DNA of 64,000 nucleotides from Bacillota bacterium (GTDB lineage Bacteria; Bacillota; Clostridia; Clostridiales; Clostridiaceae): NCBI GenBank assembly GCA_017861315.1, contig JAGFXP010000004.1, positions 10,329 to 74,328 of the forward strand, read 5' to 3'. Shown piece by piece: positions 29,159 to 39,519 of this stretch (position 1 is its first letter; each line of letters starts with the position of its first letter). The notes under the pieces were generated by a model. It saw only the letters and a program-made list of their open reading frames with translations, ran no database searches and was not told where the DNA came from. The position numbers and the translations under genes were made by a program.

Positions 29159-29719
29159 CTTTTTTTGGACTGAATATCCGAATTTGCCCAAGGGCACGTT
29201 CTTCAGCGGAAAATATTCGCCGTGGGAATAGCATACCAGGTCGGCTTTGTCGAAGCGTATCCTGCCGTTGCCGTCGACCAGGGTCTCCTCCACCTTCACC
29301 TGAACAACCTCTGCGATGAACATGTGATGGCTTCCCAGGGGCAGAATCTCCGTGACGCTGCACTCAAGCGCCACTGGGCATTCCGCGATTGAAGGGGCGT
29401 CTATCTGGATGCCGTCCTCAAGGGTCAGGTTGAATTTTTCTATCTTGTCCACATCCCTGCCGGATCTGACTCCGCAGAAGTCCAGGGCCCTTACGAGCTT
29501 GCTGCCGGGCAGGTTGATAGTGAACTGGCCGGTTGATTTTATCATTTCATAGGATAATCTCTCAGGGCGTATGGAGACGCTCACCATCGGAGGCTTAGTG
29601 CAGATGGTGCCTACCCAGGCGGCAGTAAAGACATTGACAAAGCCGTCTTTCCTTGATGTTATCAGAACTGCCGGTACGGGGTTGAGCATAGCGCTTCCTT
29701 TCAGTGCTATCTTTGACAT
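29135..29719 (-). CDS. flavin reductase family protein (FMN-binding split barrel)
   Basis: Pattern NPVPAVLIT...NVFTAAW. ATG 29719 lies 1 nt after the helicase stop. Confidence 0.85.
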   Translation of the reverse strand: MSKIALKGSAMLNPVPAVLITSRKDGFVNVFTAAWVGTICTKPPMVSVSIRPERLSYEMIKSTGQFTINLPGSKLVRALDFCGVRSGRDVDKIEKFNLTLEDGIQIDAPSIAECPVALECSVTEILPLGSHHMFIAEVVQVKVEETLVDGNGRIRFDKADLVCYSHGEYFPLKNVPLGKFGYSVQKKKSKGRIK

Positions 29720-29720
29720 C

Positions 29721-31289
29721 TTAATTTGTCTTTCCTTGTGCAATCTCGATATTTACTCTTCTTCCGTTATGCCTTTTCCCGTTCACTTTCTTAAGAAGCA
29801 CGTCGACGAACCTCTCAGGAACATTTATGAAAGAAAACTTAGTCAGTATGTCGATGTCCCCTATGTCGCTGACATCAAGCCCTGAGTTTTCTGATATGAA
29901 CTTAAGAAGCTTTTTTGGGTCGATCTTGTCGATCTTTCCTATTGACAGGAACAATCTTACATTCTGCGCTCCGCCTAATTTATTATCCTTGTAATCAAAG
30001 CTCAGTTCCCTGCTGAAGTACATCTTCATAAGGGCTGCAGCAACATCTACCAGGTTGTATTCCTCGTCCAGTTCGGTAGCCACGGGTATGAAGTCCTTGT
30101 AGTCTTCGCTGTCCAGGGATTCCTTAACTGTATTGATGATGCTCTTGTATTTTGACTCGAAAATCTCATCGATAGTAGGGATCTCTTTTCTTTTGATCTT
30201 GCTCTTTGTATATTTTTCTATCTGCTTGAGCATCATGTATTCTCGCGGAGTTACTAATGAATATGCGATACCTTCTTTGTTTGCTCTGCCTGTTCTTCCT
30301 ATTCTGTGTACGTAAGACTCTGTGTCCTGAGGAAGGTCGTAGTTTATAACGTGAGTTATGTCCTCTACATCAATTCCTCTCGCAGCAACGTCTGTCGCAA
30401 CAAGGAAGTCAAGGTTGCCTTCCTTGAATTTCCTCAGGGTATTCATCCTCTGGCTCTGGTTCATGTCGCCGTGCATTCCTTCAACGTTGTAGCCACGTCC
30501 CTGCATCCATTCAACAAGCTCATCAACTCCGCGCTTGGTTTTGCAGAAGATTATAGCGCTGGAAGGCTCATCCACGTCAAGAATTCTGCACAGGGTTTCA
30601 AATCTGTCTTTGTGCTTTATCTCATAGTAATACTGCTTGATCTTTTCAACAGTCACAGTATTCTTCGCGATGGAGATGTGCTTGGCATCCTTCTTCATGT
30701 ATCTCTTGGCAAGTCTCTTTATCTGGTCAGGCATTGTTGCCGAGAAAAGCAAGGTCTGCCTTTCTTCGTTTGAGCTCTTGATTATCTCTTCTATGTCTTC
30801 GATAAAGCCCATGTTGAGCATTTCGTCCGCTTCATCAAGTACCAGGAACTCGATCTCTGAAAGGTCAAGGGTTTTCCTGTTGATGTGGTCGATTACCCTT
30901 CCAGGTGTTCCTACAACTATGTCGACTCCTCTTCTGAGCGCTTTTATCTGTCTGTCTATCGGCTGGCCGCCGTATATAGGCAGTATTGACATTCTGCTGA
31001 ATTTTCCGATTCGCATCAGTTCCTCGTTAACCTGTATAGCGAGCTCTCTTGTAGGAGCAAGCACGAGGGCGGATACCTTCTTTCCGGCAGTGATATTGTT
31101 GAGCATAGGCGCTCCGAAAGCCATTGTCTTTCCGGTACCTGTCTGGGCCTGTCCGATTATGTCGTTTCCTTTCAGCACTTCAGGTATTGCTTCCGCCTGA
31201 ATCTGCGAAGGCTCCTCGAAACCCATTGCATCGATCGCATCTAGTATTTTCTTGTTAAAGCCAAGCTCGGTAAATTTAATTTTTTCCAT
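29721..31289 (-). CDS. DEAD-box ATP-dependent RNA helicase with C-terminal DbpA-type RNA-binding domain
   Basis: AQTGTGKT, DEAD, SAT and HRIGRTGRA motifs. ATG 31289 is preferred (GAGGAA SD 6 nt upstream). Confidence 0.93.
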   Translation of the reverse strand: MEKIKFTELGFNKKILDAIDAMGFEEPSQIQAEAIPEVLKGNDIIGQAQTGTGKTMAFGAPMLNNITAGKKVSALVLAPTRELAIQVNEELMRIGKFSRMSILPIYGGQPIDRQIKALRRGVDIVVGTPGRVIDHINRKTLDLSEIEFLVLDEADEMLNMGFIEDIEEIIKSSNEERQTLLFSATMPDQIKRLAKRYMKKDAKHISIAKNTVTVEKIKQYYYEIKHKDRFETLCRILDVDEPSSAIIFCKTKRGVDELVEWMQGRGYNVEGMHGDMNQSQRMNTLRKFKEGNLDFLVATDVAARGIDVEDITHVINYDLPQDTESYVHRIGRTGRANKEGIAYSLVTPREYMMLKQIEKYTKSKIKRKEIPTIDEIFESKYKSIINTVKESLDSEDYKDFIPVATELDEEYNLVDVAAALMKMYFSRELSFDYKDNKLGGAQNVRLFLSIGKIDKIDPKKLLKFISENSGLDVSDIGDIDILTKFSFINVPERFVDVLLKKVNGKRHNGRRVNIEIAQGKTN

Positions 31290-31318
31290 GTACATTCCTC
31301 ATTTTTCTTAAATTTGTG

Positions 31319-31822
31319 TTATTCAATAAAATATTTTTTCAATCTGGCATTCTTCTCGACAACCGATACCAGAAAAAGTCCGAACAAATAACAGGACACA
31401 GCTTCCCCGAGACCCACCCAGAATATGGTGATGAGCAGCGGGAGGTTCAACGTATATTTCAGTATAAGCCCTATAACGACCGCGTTTATTACGACTGGCG
31501 GCAGCGGAGCCAGGTATTTTTTATATTTAATGTTGCTTTTCCCTATTAGGTATGTCAGAATTGCGGCGGTAAGTGTTGCAAGTGAGCCGAACACTATGTC
31601 TGGTAAACCGTATCCGCCTACAAGGTTTGCTATGATACAACCTATGAAAAGTCCCGGTATCGAGAATTTTGAAAAGTAGGGCAGCAGAGTAAGGGCTTCA
31701 GATATTCTTACCTGAATCTGTCCATAACTGATGGGAGCAAGCATTATGGTAAGGGCAGCGTATGCTGAACCAATAAATGCAGCTAAAACAAGATGCTTCA
31801 CTTTATTGCTTCTATTATTCAT
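31319..31822 (-). CDS. queT: queuosine precursor transporter QueT
   Basis: Small 5-6 TM protein directly downstream of a preQ1-I riboswitch-like element. Confidence 0.85.
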   Translation of the reverse strand: MNNRSNKVKHLVLAAFIGSAYAALTIMLAPISYGQIQVRISEALTLLPYFSKFSIPGLFIGCIIANLVGGYGLPDIVFGSLATLTAAILTYLIGKSNIKYKKYLAPLPPVVINAVVIGLILKYTLNLPLLITIFWVGLGEAVSCYLFGLFLVSVVEKNARLKKYFIE

Positions 31823-31827
31823 TAAGT

Positions 31828-31870
31828 CCTCCTAGTTTTTTTTAGAGACAGGATGGTTTCGAACTGTCTT
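31828..31870 (-). promoter_or_regulatory. preQ1-I riboswitch
   Basis: The minus strand reads AGACAG-UUCGAAACCAUC-CUGUCU-CUAAAAAAAACUAGGAGG. This gives a P1 stem, UUC after P1, and an A-rich tail ending ACUAGG that contains the SD. Compare the B. subtilis queC aptamer AGAGGUUCUAGCUACACCCUCUAUAAAAAACUAA. Confidence 0.72.
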
Positions 31871-32003
31871 TATTTTATTATGTATAACCTTATATAGTTT
31901 AATACAATTATGCCTTAGTGTCAAATTATATTTAATATTTCCTTCCTATTTGAGCTGAAATCTAATATAATATAATTTGCAGAAAAAAATCGAGGAGATT
32001 CAA

Positions 32004-33236
32004 ATGTTTAATTATAATAGTATTGTATTGCCAAACGGAATAAAACTAATTTCAATAAAAAAGGATACCGGGGTCGTCTCGGTGCATATGGGCATGAAAA
32101 TCGGACCGCTTTATGAAAAGCGAAGCCAGAAGGGCATATCCCATTTTATCGAGCACATGCTTTACAAGGGTACAGGCAGCAGGACCAATGAAGGTCTGAA
32201 CTCAGACCTTGAAAACCTCGGAGGAGAATATAACGCGTATACGGACCACAACTGCACCGTATACAGCGCCACAGCCCTTTGCAGCGAAGTTGACAGCATA
32301 CTTGATATTTTTTCTGACATGGTGCAGAACTCCACTTTTCCGGAAGAGGAGATAATCAAGGAAAAAGAGGTCATCCTGTCAGAGATAAGATGCGGCAGGG
32401 ACGACCTTGAACAGTACAGCTTCAAAAGGATCAACGAAATCGCCTTCAAGCACAGCCCGCTGAAATATGAGACTATCGGGGAAAGCAAGACAATCAAGAA
32501 GTTCGGAAGAGAGGAGCTGCTTGACTTTTACAAAAGCTGCTACGTCCCAAACAACTGCTGCATTTCAATAGTCTCGCCTTATGAGCATGAGTTCGTAAAG
32601 GAACTGGTCATGGAGCACTTCGGAGGCTGGACTGCCAGAGAGCTCAAGGTTGGCGACGTTGCGTTCGAAAAAAACATACCTGTTGTAGAAACATCCTACA
32701 AGAAGAACATCGAGCAGAGCACGATTCTCTACCTGTTTACATTCCACGGTATCTCGAAGCAGGAGGAGATGGCTCTCAAGGTTTTCAACCATAAATTCGG
32801 GGAGAGCTCGAATTCCATCCTCTTCAGGGAGCTGAGGGAGGACAGGGGGCTGGCCTACGATGTCTACACGCATCTTGACCTGACAAAAAACGTGAAGACC
32901 CTCTACATTTATACGGCCGTCGGCGAGGATAATGTGCAGGAGGCCATAGACACCATAGAAAGCTGCATCTCCAGGGTGAAGAATGAAGAAATAGTATTCG
33001 ATGAGAATACCATCCAGCTCATGAAGAAGGTCATGAACACTGCTGTGGCGTTCACGCTGGAGGACTCGACGGACATAGGGAACTATGTGCTGCATCAGCT
33101 GATAGAGGATGAAAGCGTGCTGGAATTCGTCGAGGACATGGAAAGGCTTGAAGGGATTAAGAAAGAGGATATATACGACATAGCGGTGAAGATCCTGGAC
33201 AAACCGACAATACACATCCTTAAGAATGAAGATTAG
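32004..33236 (+). CDS. M16 family (pitrilysin/insulinase-like) zinc peptidase
   Basis: HxxEH motif HFIEHMLYKG. ATG after GAGGAG. Confidence 0.88.
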   Translation: MFNYNSIVLPNGIKLISIKKDTGVVSVHMGMKIGPLYEKRSQKGISHFIEHMLYKGTGSRTNEGLNSDLENLGGEYNAYTDHNCTVYSATALCSEVDSILDIFSDMVQNSTFPEEEIIKEKEVILSEIRCGRDDLEQYSFKRINEIAFKHSPLKYETIGESKTIKKFGREELLDFYKSCYVPNNCCISIVSPYEHEFVKELVMEHFGGWTARELKVGDVAFEKNIPVVETSYKKNIEQSTILYLFTFHGISKQEEMALKVFNHKFGESSNSILFRELREDRGLAYDVYTHLDLTKNVKTLYIYTAVGEDNVQEAIDTIESCISRVKNEEIVFDENTIQLMKKVMNTAVAFTLEDSTDIGNYVLHQLIEDESVLEFVEDMERLEGIKKEDIYDIAVKILDKPTIHILKNED

Positions 33237-33250
33237 GAGCAGCGCTGTAT

Positions 33251-33895
33251 ATGGAGAAGAAGATAACGAGCATCGAAAACCAGAAAAAATGCAGCGACAG
33301 GGTGAACGTGTATCTGGACGGCGAGTATGCCTTCGCCTGCAGCCTGGATACAGTTGTTAAATATAAATTAATTTTAGGAAAATCCGTGGATTCTTCGTAT
33401 CTAAGTAGTATAATTGAAGAAGACAACTATGTAAAAGGCAAGGCGTATGCATTCAGGATCCTTGAAAGAGGGATGAAGTCCGAGAAGGAAATCCTGACAA
33501 AGCTTCAGGGAAAGGGCTTCGATGAAAAGACCTGCACAAAGGTCATAAGCCTGCTGAAGGATTACGGATACATAGATGACGGAAAGCTTTCCGATATGTA
33601 TATAAATCAGAAGCTGAAGTCGGAAGGTGCAAACAGGATCAAGGGATTTCTGTACAGGAAAGGAATCCCGGAGGCTGTAATCAAAGAAAAGGTGGACGGT
33701 ATTGATGAGGATGCGGCTGAGGAAACCGCCTACAATCTGGCTATCAAAAAATACATAAGGATGGCGGCCGCGGAAGAGGATAAAAGAAAGCTTTACAGAA
33801 AGCTGGGAGATTTTCTTGTCAGGAGAGGCTATTCGTATGATATCTCAAAGAAGGTGCTGAATCGTATTTTCAATGAATATTATGGCGGTGAGTAA
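33251..33895 (+). CDS. recX: RecX family regulatory protein
   Basis: Three-repeat helical pattern. N-terminal KCSDRVNVYLDGEYAF is typical of Firmicute RecX. Confidence 0.8.
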   Translation: MEKKITSIENQKKCSDRVNVYLDGEYAFACSLDTVVKYKLILGKSVDSSYLSSIIEEDNYVKGKAYAFRILERGMKSEKEILTKLQGKGFDEKTCTKVISLLKDYGYIDDGKLSDMYINQKLKSEGANRIKGFLYRKGIPEAVIKEKVDGIDEDAAEETAYNLAIKKYIRMAAAEEDKRKLYRKLGDFLVRRGYSYDISKKVLNRIFNEYYGGE

Positions 33896-33900
33896 TTTAT

Positions 33901-35073
33901 ATGTTCGAGATTAATCTGATAACATTGATGTTTTTTCTGCTTTTCCTGTACCCGCTGATAAAAGGATTTCTTTTCAAATTTTCATCATACGGGTTAAAGG
34001 GCGATGTGGAGGCTACAAACAAGAACATTTCCTTCGTAATATCCCTGATTCTCGGGGTGTACATGGGAAAGAAGATATTCATATTTCATGAGGAGGGTTT
34101 ATACAGTGAGATATTCAGCCTTCTGCCGCAGAGCTTTGTCCTGTTCATAGAGGGCAATACGCTCTTTGTTTACGCGGTCATAATGCCGGTGCTGATCCTC
34201 CTCCTATATAAAATATTCCTGCTGGTGCTGAATTTTATAAGCGCCATAATCATATTCCCTTTGATAGACAGCATTGAGAGATTCCTTTTCACAAGGAAGA
34301 ATATGCTGAAAAGGGCTGCGGGCGCCGCTTTCCAGATCCCCAGGGCTGCATGCTATGTTCTTCTTGCAGCCTTCACCATAAACATATTCTCTTTAGTGGT
34401 CCCGAACGAAAAGCTTGACAAGCAGCTTGAAAAGTCGGGTTTGTACAATCAGATATGCAAAGGGATAATAATACCGGTCACAAATTCGCAGCTGGCAAAG
34501 CAGATGCCGGAAATTCTGAACAATTCCTTTAAGATAGTCATAAAGGACAGCGGTACCGGTGAGGTAACCCGTGCTGACCAGAGCGGAAACACGATAGTTT
34601 ACTACAACGGAGTCACGCTGGCTGAAGGGGTCAGATCAAACGCCCAGATTAATGAGTACGCCAGAAACCTCGCCAGCCAGGAAGAATCCGCTTACGGAAA
34701 GGCTGAGGTGCTGTACGGCTGGGTCGGGAACAATATTACTTATGACTATGAAAAGGCCACAAAGGTGCTCAATAATGATTTCGAAGTAGAATCAGGCGCG
34801 ATACCTGCTTTCGAAACCGGCAAGGGCATATGCTTTGATTACGCATGCCTCTATGTAGCTATGTGCAGGGCAAACAACATAAAAGTCAGGATCGTCACCG
34901 GTGAAGGGTTCAACGGCGTGAGCTGGGTAAGCCATGCATGGAATCAGGTTTACATACCTGAGCGCGGCGAGTGGATAAATGTCGATCCTACGTTTTATAA
35001 GGGAGGCAATTATTTCGACAGCATCAGGTTTGAGCTGGACCATGAATATGGCGAGATAGCAGGAGAATGGTAG
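33901..35073 (+). CDS. transglutaminase-like cysteine protease domain membrane protein
   Basis: N-terminal TM helices. Cys-His-Asp core GKGICFDYACLY...SHAWNQVY...NVDPT. Confidence 0.8.
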   Translation: MFEINLITLMFFLLFLYPLIKGFLFKFSSYGLKGDVEATNKNISFVISLILGVYMGKKIFIFHEEGLYSEIFSLLPQSFVLFIEGNTLFVYAVIMPVLILLLYKIFLLVLNFISAIIIFPLIDSIERFLFTRKNMLKRAAGAAFQIPRAACYVLLAAFTINIFSLVVPNEKLDKQLEKSGLYNQICKGIIIPVTNSQLAKQMPEILNNSFKIVIKDSGTGEVTRADQSGNTIVYYNGVTLAEGVRSNAQINEYARNLASQEESAYGKAEVLYGWVGNNITYDYEKATKVLNNDFEVESGAIPAFETGKGICFDYACLYVAMCRANNIKVRIVTGEGFNGVSWVSHAWNQVYIPERGEWINVDPTFYKGGNYFDSIRFELDHEYGEIAGEW

Positions 35074-35186
35074 GGCTGGACCACTCGACATTGGACAAAG
35101 CGGACAAAATATAGTAAAATTAAGAGTGGAGACGTTCTGATGAAAGCAGTTTTTTGTCAGGCGTCTTGCTTTAAATTTAGGAAAAG

Positions 35187-38100
35187 GTGATGTATTTTAT
35201 GGGAAAAGTACTACATATGGGGCTTGATGTCGGCTCAACAACTGTCAAAGTAGTAATAGCAGACAAGAACGATAGCGCGCTGTACAGCAGGTACCAGCGT
35301 CATTTTTCTGATATAAAAAGTACTATTGTAGATGTAATAAGCGAGGCCTACGAGCAATTCAAAGACGATGAGATAACCATCATGATCACCGGGTCAGGCG
35401 GTCTGTCCGTTTCAAAGTGGCTTGATGTAACCTTCATTCAGGAAGTTATCGCCTGCACAAACACTGTGGAGAGGTATATCCCGAATACGGATGTCGCCAT
35501 AGAACTTGGCGGGGAAGACGCAAAGATAACATTCTTTGAAGGCGGAATCGACCAGAGAATGAACGGGACCTGTGCTGGAGGAACCGGGGCTTTCATAGAC
35601 CAGATGGCATCGCTTCTGCAGACCGATGCACAGGGGCTTAACGAACTTGCTAAAAATTACAAGGTCATACATCCTATCGCAGCAAGATGCGGGGTGTTTG
35701 CAAAAACCGATATACAGCCGCTGCTGAACGAAGGCGCCGCGAAGGAGGACATCGCTGCATCCGTCTTCCAGTCTGTCGTAAACCAGACGATAAGCGGATT
35801 AGCCTGCGGGAAATCCATCAAAGGCAATGTTGCTTTCCTTGGCGGCCCTCTATACTTCCTGTCGGAACTCAGAGTCAGGTTCATCGAGACCCTGGGGCTT
35901 ACTGAAAAACAGATAATTTTCCCTAAGAACTCCCAGCTGTTTGTTGCTATGGGAGCTGCTTTAGCATCCAAAGGGGGGGACAGGATCAAGTTCAGCTCAC
36001 TCGTGGATAGGCTTCCTAAGCTTTCCGACAAGTCTGACGAACAAGTGGAGACACTGAGACCTCTGTTTGCCGATGAGGATGAATACAGTGAGTTCAAGGA
36101 AAGGCACAGAAAAAGTGCGGTCGTCAGAAAGAGCCTCGAGGAATATTCCGGGGACTGCTTCCTTGGTATAGATGCAGGCTCCACAACAACTAAGGCAGCT
36201 CTCATTGACAGCGAAGGCAACCTTCTCTACTCCTTCTACGGAAGCAACGAAGGAAGCCCTATGACTTCCGTCGTAAAGATATTAAAGGATCTGTACAGCC
36301 ACATGCATGAGGGGGTAAGAATAGCGAACTCCGCTGTGACGGGTTATGGAGAGAGCCTCATACAGGCAGCTCTTTCCGTAGATTTAGGCGAAGTGGAAAC
36401 AGTGGCGCACTACAAGGCTTCGAGCTTCTTCCAGCCGGGTGTGGACTTCATACTGGACATAGGCGGGCAGGATATGAAATGCCTCAAGATAAAGGACGGC
36501 GTGATCGACAGCATAATGCTGAACGAGGCATGCTCGTCAGGCTGCGGTTCATTTATAGAGACATTTGCGCAATCCCTCAACACGGATGTGAGGGAGTTTG
36601 CACAGGAAGCCGTCCGTTCGAAAAATCCTGTGGACCTGGGTTCAAGGTGTACGGTGTTCATGAATTCAAGGGTCAAGCAGTCACAGAAGGAAGGCGCCAC
36701 TGTAGGGGACATCTCTGCAGGGCTGGCTTATTCAGTCATAAAAAATGCACTCTTCAAAGTAATAAAGATAAGGGACCCTAAGGCTCTGGGCAAGAGCATA
36801 ATCGTGCAGGGCGGGACATTCTATAATGACGCCGTGCTCAGGGCTTTCGAGCTGATATCAGAAAGGGAGGCTGTGAGACCCGACATTGCTGGAATCATGG
36901 GTGCCTTCGGAGCAGCGCTCATCGCCAGGGAAAGGTGCGGCGAAGGACACGTTTCAACCATCCTAAGAGAAGAAGAACTCGACAGCTTCAAAACGGTTGT
37001 TGACATGAGGAGATGCGGAAAATGCGCGAACAACTGCCTGCTCACAGTGAACCGTTTCAGCGACGGAAGGGAGTTCGTTTCCGGAAACAGGTGCGAGAGG
37101 GGAATCGGCGAAGAAATAAACAAGGAAAATATACCGAACCTTTTTGACTATAAGTACAGGAGGGTATTCGAATATGTTCCGCTTAAAAAAGAAGCGGCTC
37201 ACAGGGGCTCCGTTGGAATTCCGAGGGTTCTCAACATGTATGAGAACTACCCGTTCTGGTTCACGGTATTCACAGAACTGGGCTTCAGGGTCGAACTGTC
37301 GCCGAGGTCAACGAAAAAAGTCTATGAGCTTGGGCTTGAAACCATACCGTCAGAGTCGGCATGCTATCCTGCAAAGCTGACTCACGGGCACATCATGAGC
37401 CTTGTCAACAAGGGGCTGAAGTTCATATTCTACCCGTGCATCCCTAACGAACAGAGGGAGCAGGCGGAGGCAAACAACAACTTCAACTGTCCGATAGTAA
37501 CATCCTATCCGGATGTCATAAAGAAAAACATGGATGTTCTCGAGGAAAACGATGTTAATTTCCTGAGCTGCTTCCTACCGCTGGACAGCCCTGAAAGGCT
37601 CGTCAAGAGGCTGTGCCAGGAGCTGGCCGGCTTCGGCGTCTCCTATGAGGAGGTCTGCAGGGCGGTTGAAAAAGGATACATGGAAGATGCCGGCGTGAAG
37701 GCTGACATCAGGAAAAAAGGAGAAGAGGTGCTTAAGTATCTCGAGAGGACCGGCAGGAAGGGCGTTGTGCTGGCCGGAAGGCCTTACCACACTGATCCTG
37801 AAATAAACCACGGAATTCCCAACATAATCACAGGCTATGGGATGGCTGTCCTAACAGAGGACTCGGTGGCTCATCTGGGCCATGTTCAGAGGCCGCTGAG
37901 GGTTGTAGACCAGTGGGTTTACCACTCCAGGCTCTATGCAGCCGCCAGCTTCGTGGCAGAGACGAAGAACCTCGAGCTGATACAGCTGAACTCCTTCGGC
38001 TGCGGACTCGATGCCGTGACAACAGACCAGGTGCAGGAAATCCTGAGCGGAAGCGAAAAGATATATACCTGCCTCAAGATAGACGAAGGAAGCAATCTTG

Positions 38101-39482
38101 GCGCAGTCAAGATAAGGGTGAGGTCACTCAACGCGGCAGTCATGGAGAGAGACGGCGCGGAATTTGTTCCGAAGAAGGTAAAAGCTGAAAACAACAGGGT
38201 TATCTTCACAAAGGAAATGAGGAAAGAGCACACAATCCTGTGCCCGCAGATGTCCCCGATACATTTCGACCTTATCCAGGCGGCCTTCAGGGCTGCAGGA
38301 TACAAGCTGGAGGTGCTCCCTTCGGTGGATAAAAAGGCTGTAGACGAAGGGCTGAAGTATGTAAACAACGATGCCTGCTATCCGTCAATCATTGTGGTGG
38401 GGCAGCTCATAGAAGCCCTGAAATCAGGAAAATACGACCTGGACAGCACATCCGTCATAATCTCGCAGACCGGCGGAGGCTGCAGGGCTACCAACTATAT
38501 AGCTTTCCTGAGGAAAGCGCTCAAGGAAGCCGGGATGGAGCACATACCTGTCATTTCGCTGAACCTTGTGGGCATGGAGAAGAACCCCGGATTCAGGATG
38601 ACGCCTCTTCTCATGAACAGGCTGCTGATGGCGCTGGCATACGGCGACCTTCTGATGAGGGTTCTGTACAGGGTCAGGCCTTACGAGAAGATCAAGGGTT
38701 CAGCCAACATCCTGTTCGACAAGTGGGAAGCTCTATGCATCCAGAATGTAAAGGACGGCAACCCTATCACATATAAAAACAACGTGCACAAGCTGGTTGA
38801 AGACTTCGACACACTTGAAATACACAATGTGGTTAAGCCGAAGGTCGGAATTGTAGGAGAGATCCTTGTCAAATTCCACCCTACCGCCAACAACAACATT
38901 GTCGATATAATCGAGGCGGAAGGTGCCGAGGCTGTTATGCCTGACCTGCTGGACTTCCTCCTGTACTGCGCGTACGACGGAAACTTCAAGTATGAATACC
39001 TTGCAGGCACAAGGAAAAACAGGTTTGTCAGAAATTCCTTCATAGGGTTCCTCGAACTGTACAGGAAACATGCGAAGACCGCACTGTCGAAGAGCGAGAG
39101 GTTCACGCCGCCCGAGACAATCTACGAGCTTGCAAAAGGAGCTTCCCCCATCGTATCGCTGGGACACCAGACAGGAGAAGGCTGGTTCCTCACTGCAGAG
39201 ATGGTTGAGCTCATTGAAAGCGGTGTAAAAAATATCGTTTGCATGCAGCCGTTCGCCTGCCTGCCTAACCATGTAACAGGAAAAGGCATGATCAAGGAAT
39301 TGAAGAGGGTTTACCCTGGGGCCAATATCGCAGCAATCGACTACGACCCTGGCGCCAGCGAAGTAAACCAGCTCAACAGGATAAAGCTGATGCTCTCCGT
39401 TGCCTTCAAGGCCATGAACGACGAGAAGGAAAAGGCTGAGGCGAAAAAAATTGCAGCCGCACAAAATCACTTGACAGTTTAA
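35187..39482 (+). CDS. fused acyl-CoA dehydratase activase-related protein (two BcrAD/BadFG/HgdC-type ATPase domains plus a DUF2229/HgdB-like Cys-rich domain), 1431 aa
   Basis: DVGSTTVK...CAGGTGAF...RCGVFA, then IDAGSTTTK...CSSGCGSF...RCTVFM. This is followed by CGKCANNC and multiple conserved Cys motifs. The start may be ATG 35190/35199. Confidence 0.88.
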   Translation: MMYFMGKVLHMGLDVGSTTVKVVIADKNDSALYSRYQRHFSDIKSTIVDVISEAYEQFKDDEITIMITGSGGLSVSKWLDVTFIQEVIACTNTVERYIPNTDVAIELGGEDAKITFFEGGIDQRMNGTCAGGTGAFIDQMASLLQTDAQGLNELAKNYKVIHPIAARCGVFAKTDIQPLLNEGAAKEDIAASVFQSVVNQTISGLACGKSIKGNVAFLGGPLYFLSELRVRFIETLGLTEKQIIFPKNSQLFVAMGAALASKGGDRIKFSSLVDRLPKLSDKSDEQVETLRPLFADEDEYSEFKERHRKSAVVRKSLEEYSGDCFLGIDAGSTTTKAALIDSEGNLLYSFYGSNEGSPMTSVVKILKDLYSHMHEGVRIANSAVTGYGESLIQAALSVDLGEVETVAHYKASSFFQPGVDFILDIGGQDMKCLKIKDGVIDSIMLNEACSSGCGSFIETFAQSLNTDVREFAQEAVRSKNPVDLGSRCTVFMNSRVKQSQKEGATVGDISAGLAYSVIKNALFKVIKIRDPKALGKSIIVQGGTFYNDAVLRAFELISEREAVRPDIAGIMGAFGAALIARERCGEGHVSTILREEELDSFKTVVDMRRCGKCANNCLLTVNRFSDGREFVSGNRCERGIGEEINKENIPNLFDYKYRRVFEYVPLKKEAAHRGSVGIPRVLNMYENYPFWFTVFTELGFRVELSPRSTKKVYELGLETIPSESACYPAKLTHGHIMSLVNKGLKFIFYPCIPNEQREQAEANNNFNCPIVTSYPDVIKKNMDVLEENDVNFLSCFLPLDSPERLVKRLCQELAGFGVSYEEVCRAVEKGYMEDAGVKADIRKKGEEVLKYLERTGRKGVVLAGRPYHTDPEINHGIPNIITGYGMAVLTEDSVAHLGHVQRPLRVVDQWVYHSRLYAAASFVAETKNLELIQLNSFGCGLDAVTTDQVQEILSGSEKIYTCLKIDEGSNLGAVKIRVRSLNAAVMERDGAEFVPKKVKAENNRVIFTKEMRKEHTILCPQMSPIHFDLIQAAFRAAGYKLEVLPSVDKKAVDEGLKYVNNDACYPSIIVVGQLIEALKSGKYDLDSTSVIISQTGGGCRATNYIAFLRKALKEAGMEHIPVISLNLVGMEKNPGFRMTPLLMNRLLMALAYGDLLMRVLYRVRPYEKIKGSANILFDKWEALCIQNVKDGNPITYKNNVHKLVEDFDTLEIHNVVKPKVGIVGEILVKFHPTANNNIVDIIEAEGAEAVMPDLLDFLLYCAYDGNFKYEYLAGTRKNRFVRNSFIGFLELYRKHAKTALSKSERFTPPETIYELAKGASPIVSLGHQTGEGWFLTAEMVELIESGVKNIVCMQPFACLPNHVTGKGMIKELKRVYPGANIAAIDYDPGASEVNQLNRIKLMLSVAFKAMNDEKEKAEAKKIAAAQNHLTV

Positions 39483-39498
39483 TTTTTTAGAATATAAT
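39471..39498 (+). promoter_or_regulatory. near-consensus sigma-A promoter for valS (TTGACA-16 nt-TATAAT); the -35 box lies inside the last codons of the upstream CDS
   Basis: TTGACA at 39471-39476 and TATAAT at 39493-39498. Confidence 0.6.
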
Positions 39499-39519
39499 TA
39501 TTATTAATACAATAACAAG

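Noticed and set aside
31851-31866. GGTTTCGAAC resembling a tRNA T-loop
   Set aside because: There is no acceptor or anticodon stem context. The segment is the loop of the preQ1-I aptamer on the opposite strand.
38733-39470. 245-aa minus-strand ORF (also 37934-38368, 35657-36220 and 38681-39106)
   Set aside because: They are antisense to the 1431-aa activase-related gene, with no RBS or motifs.
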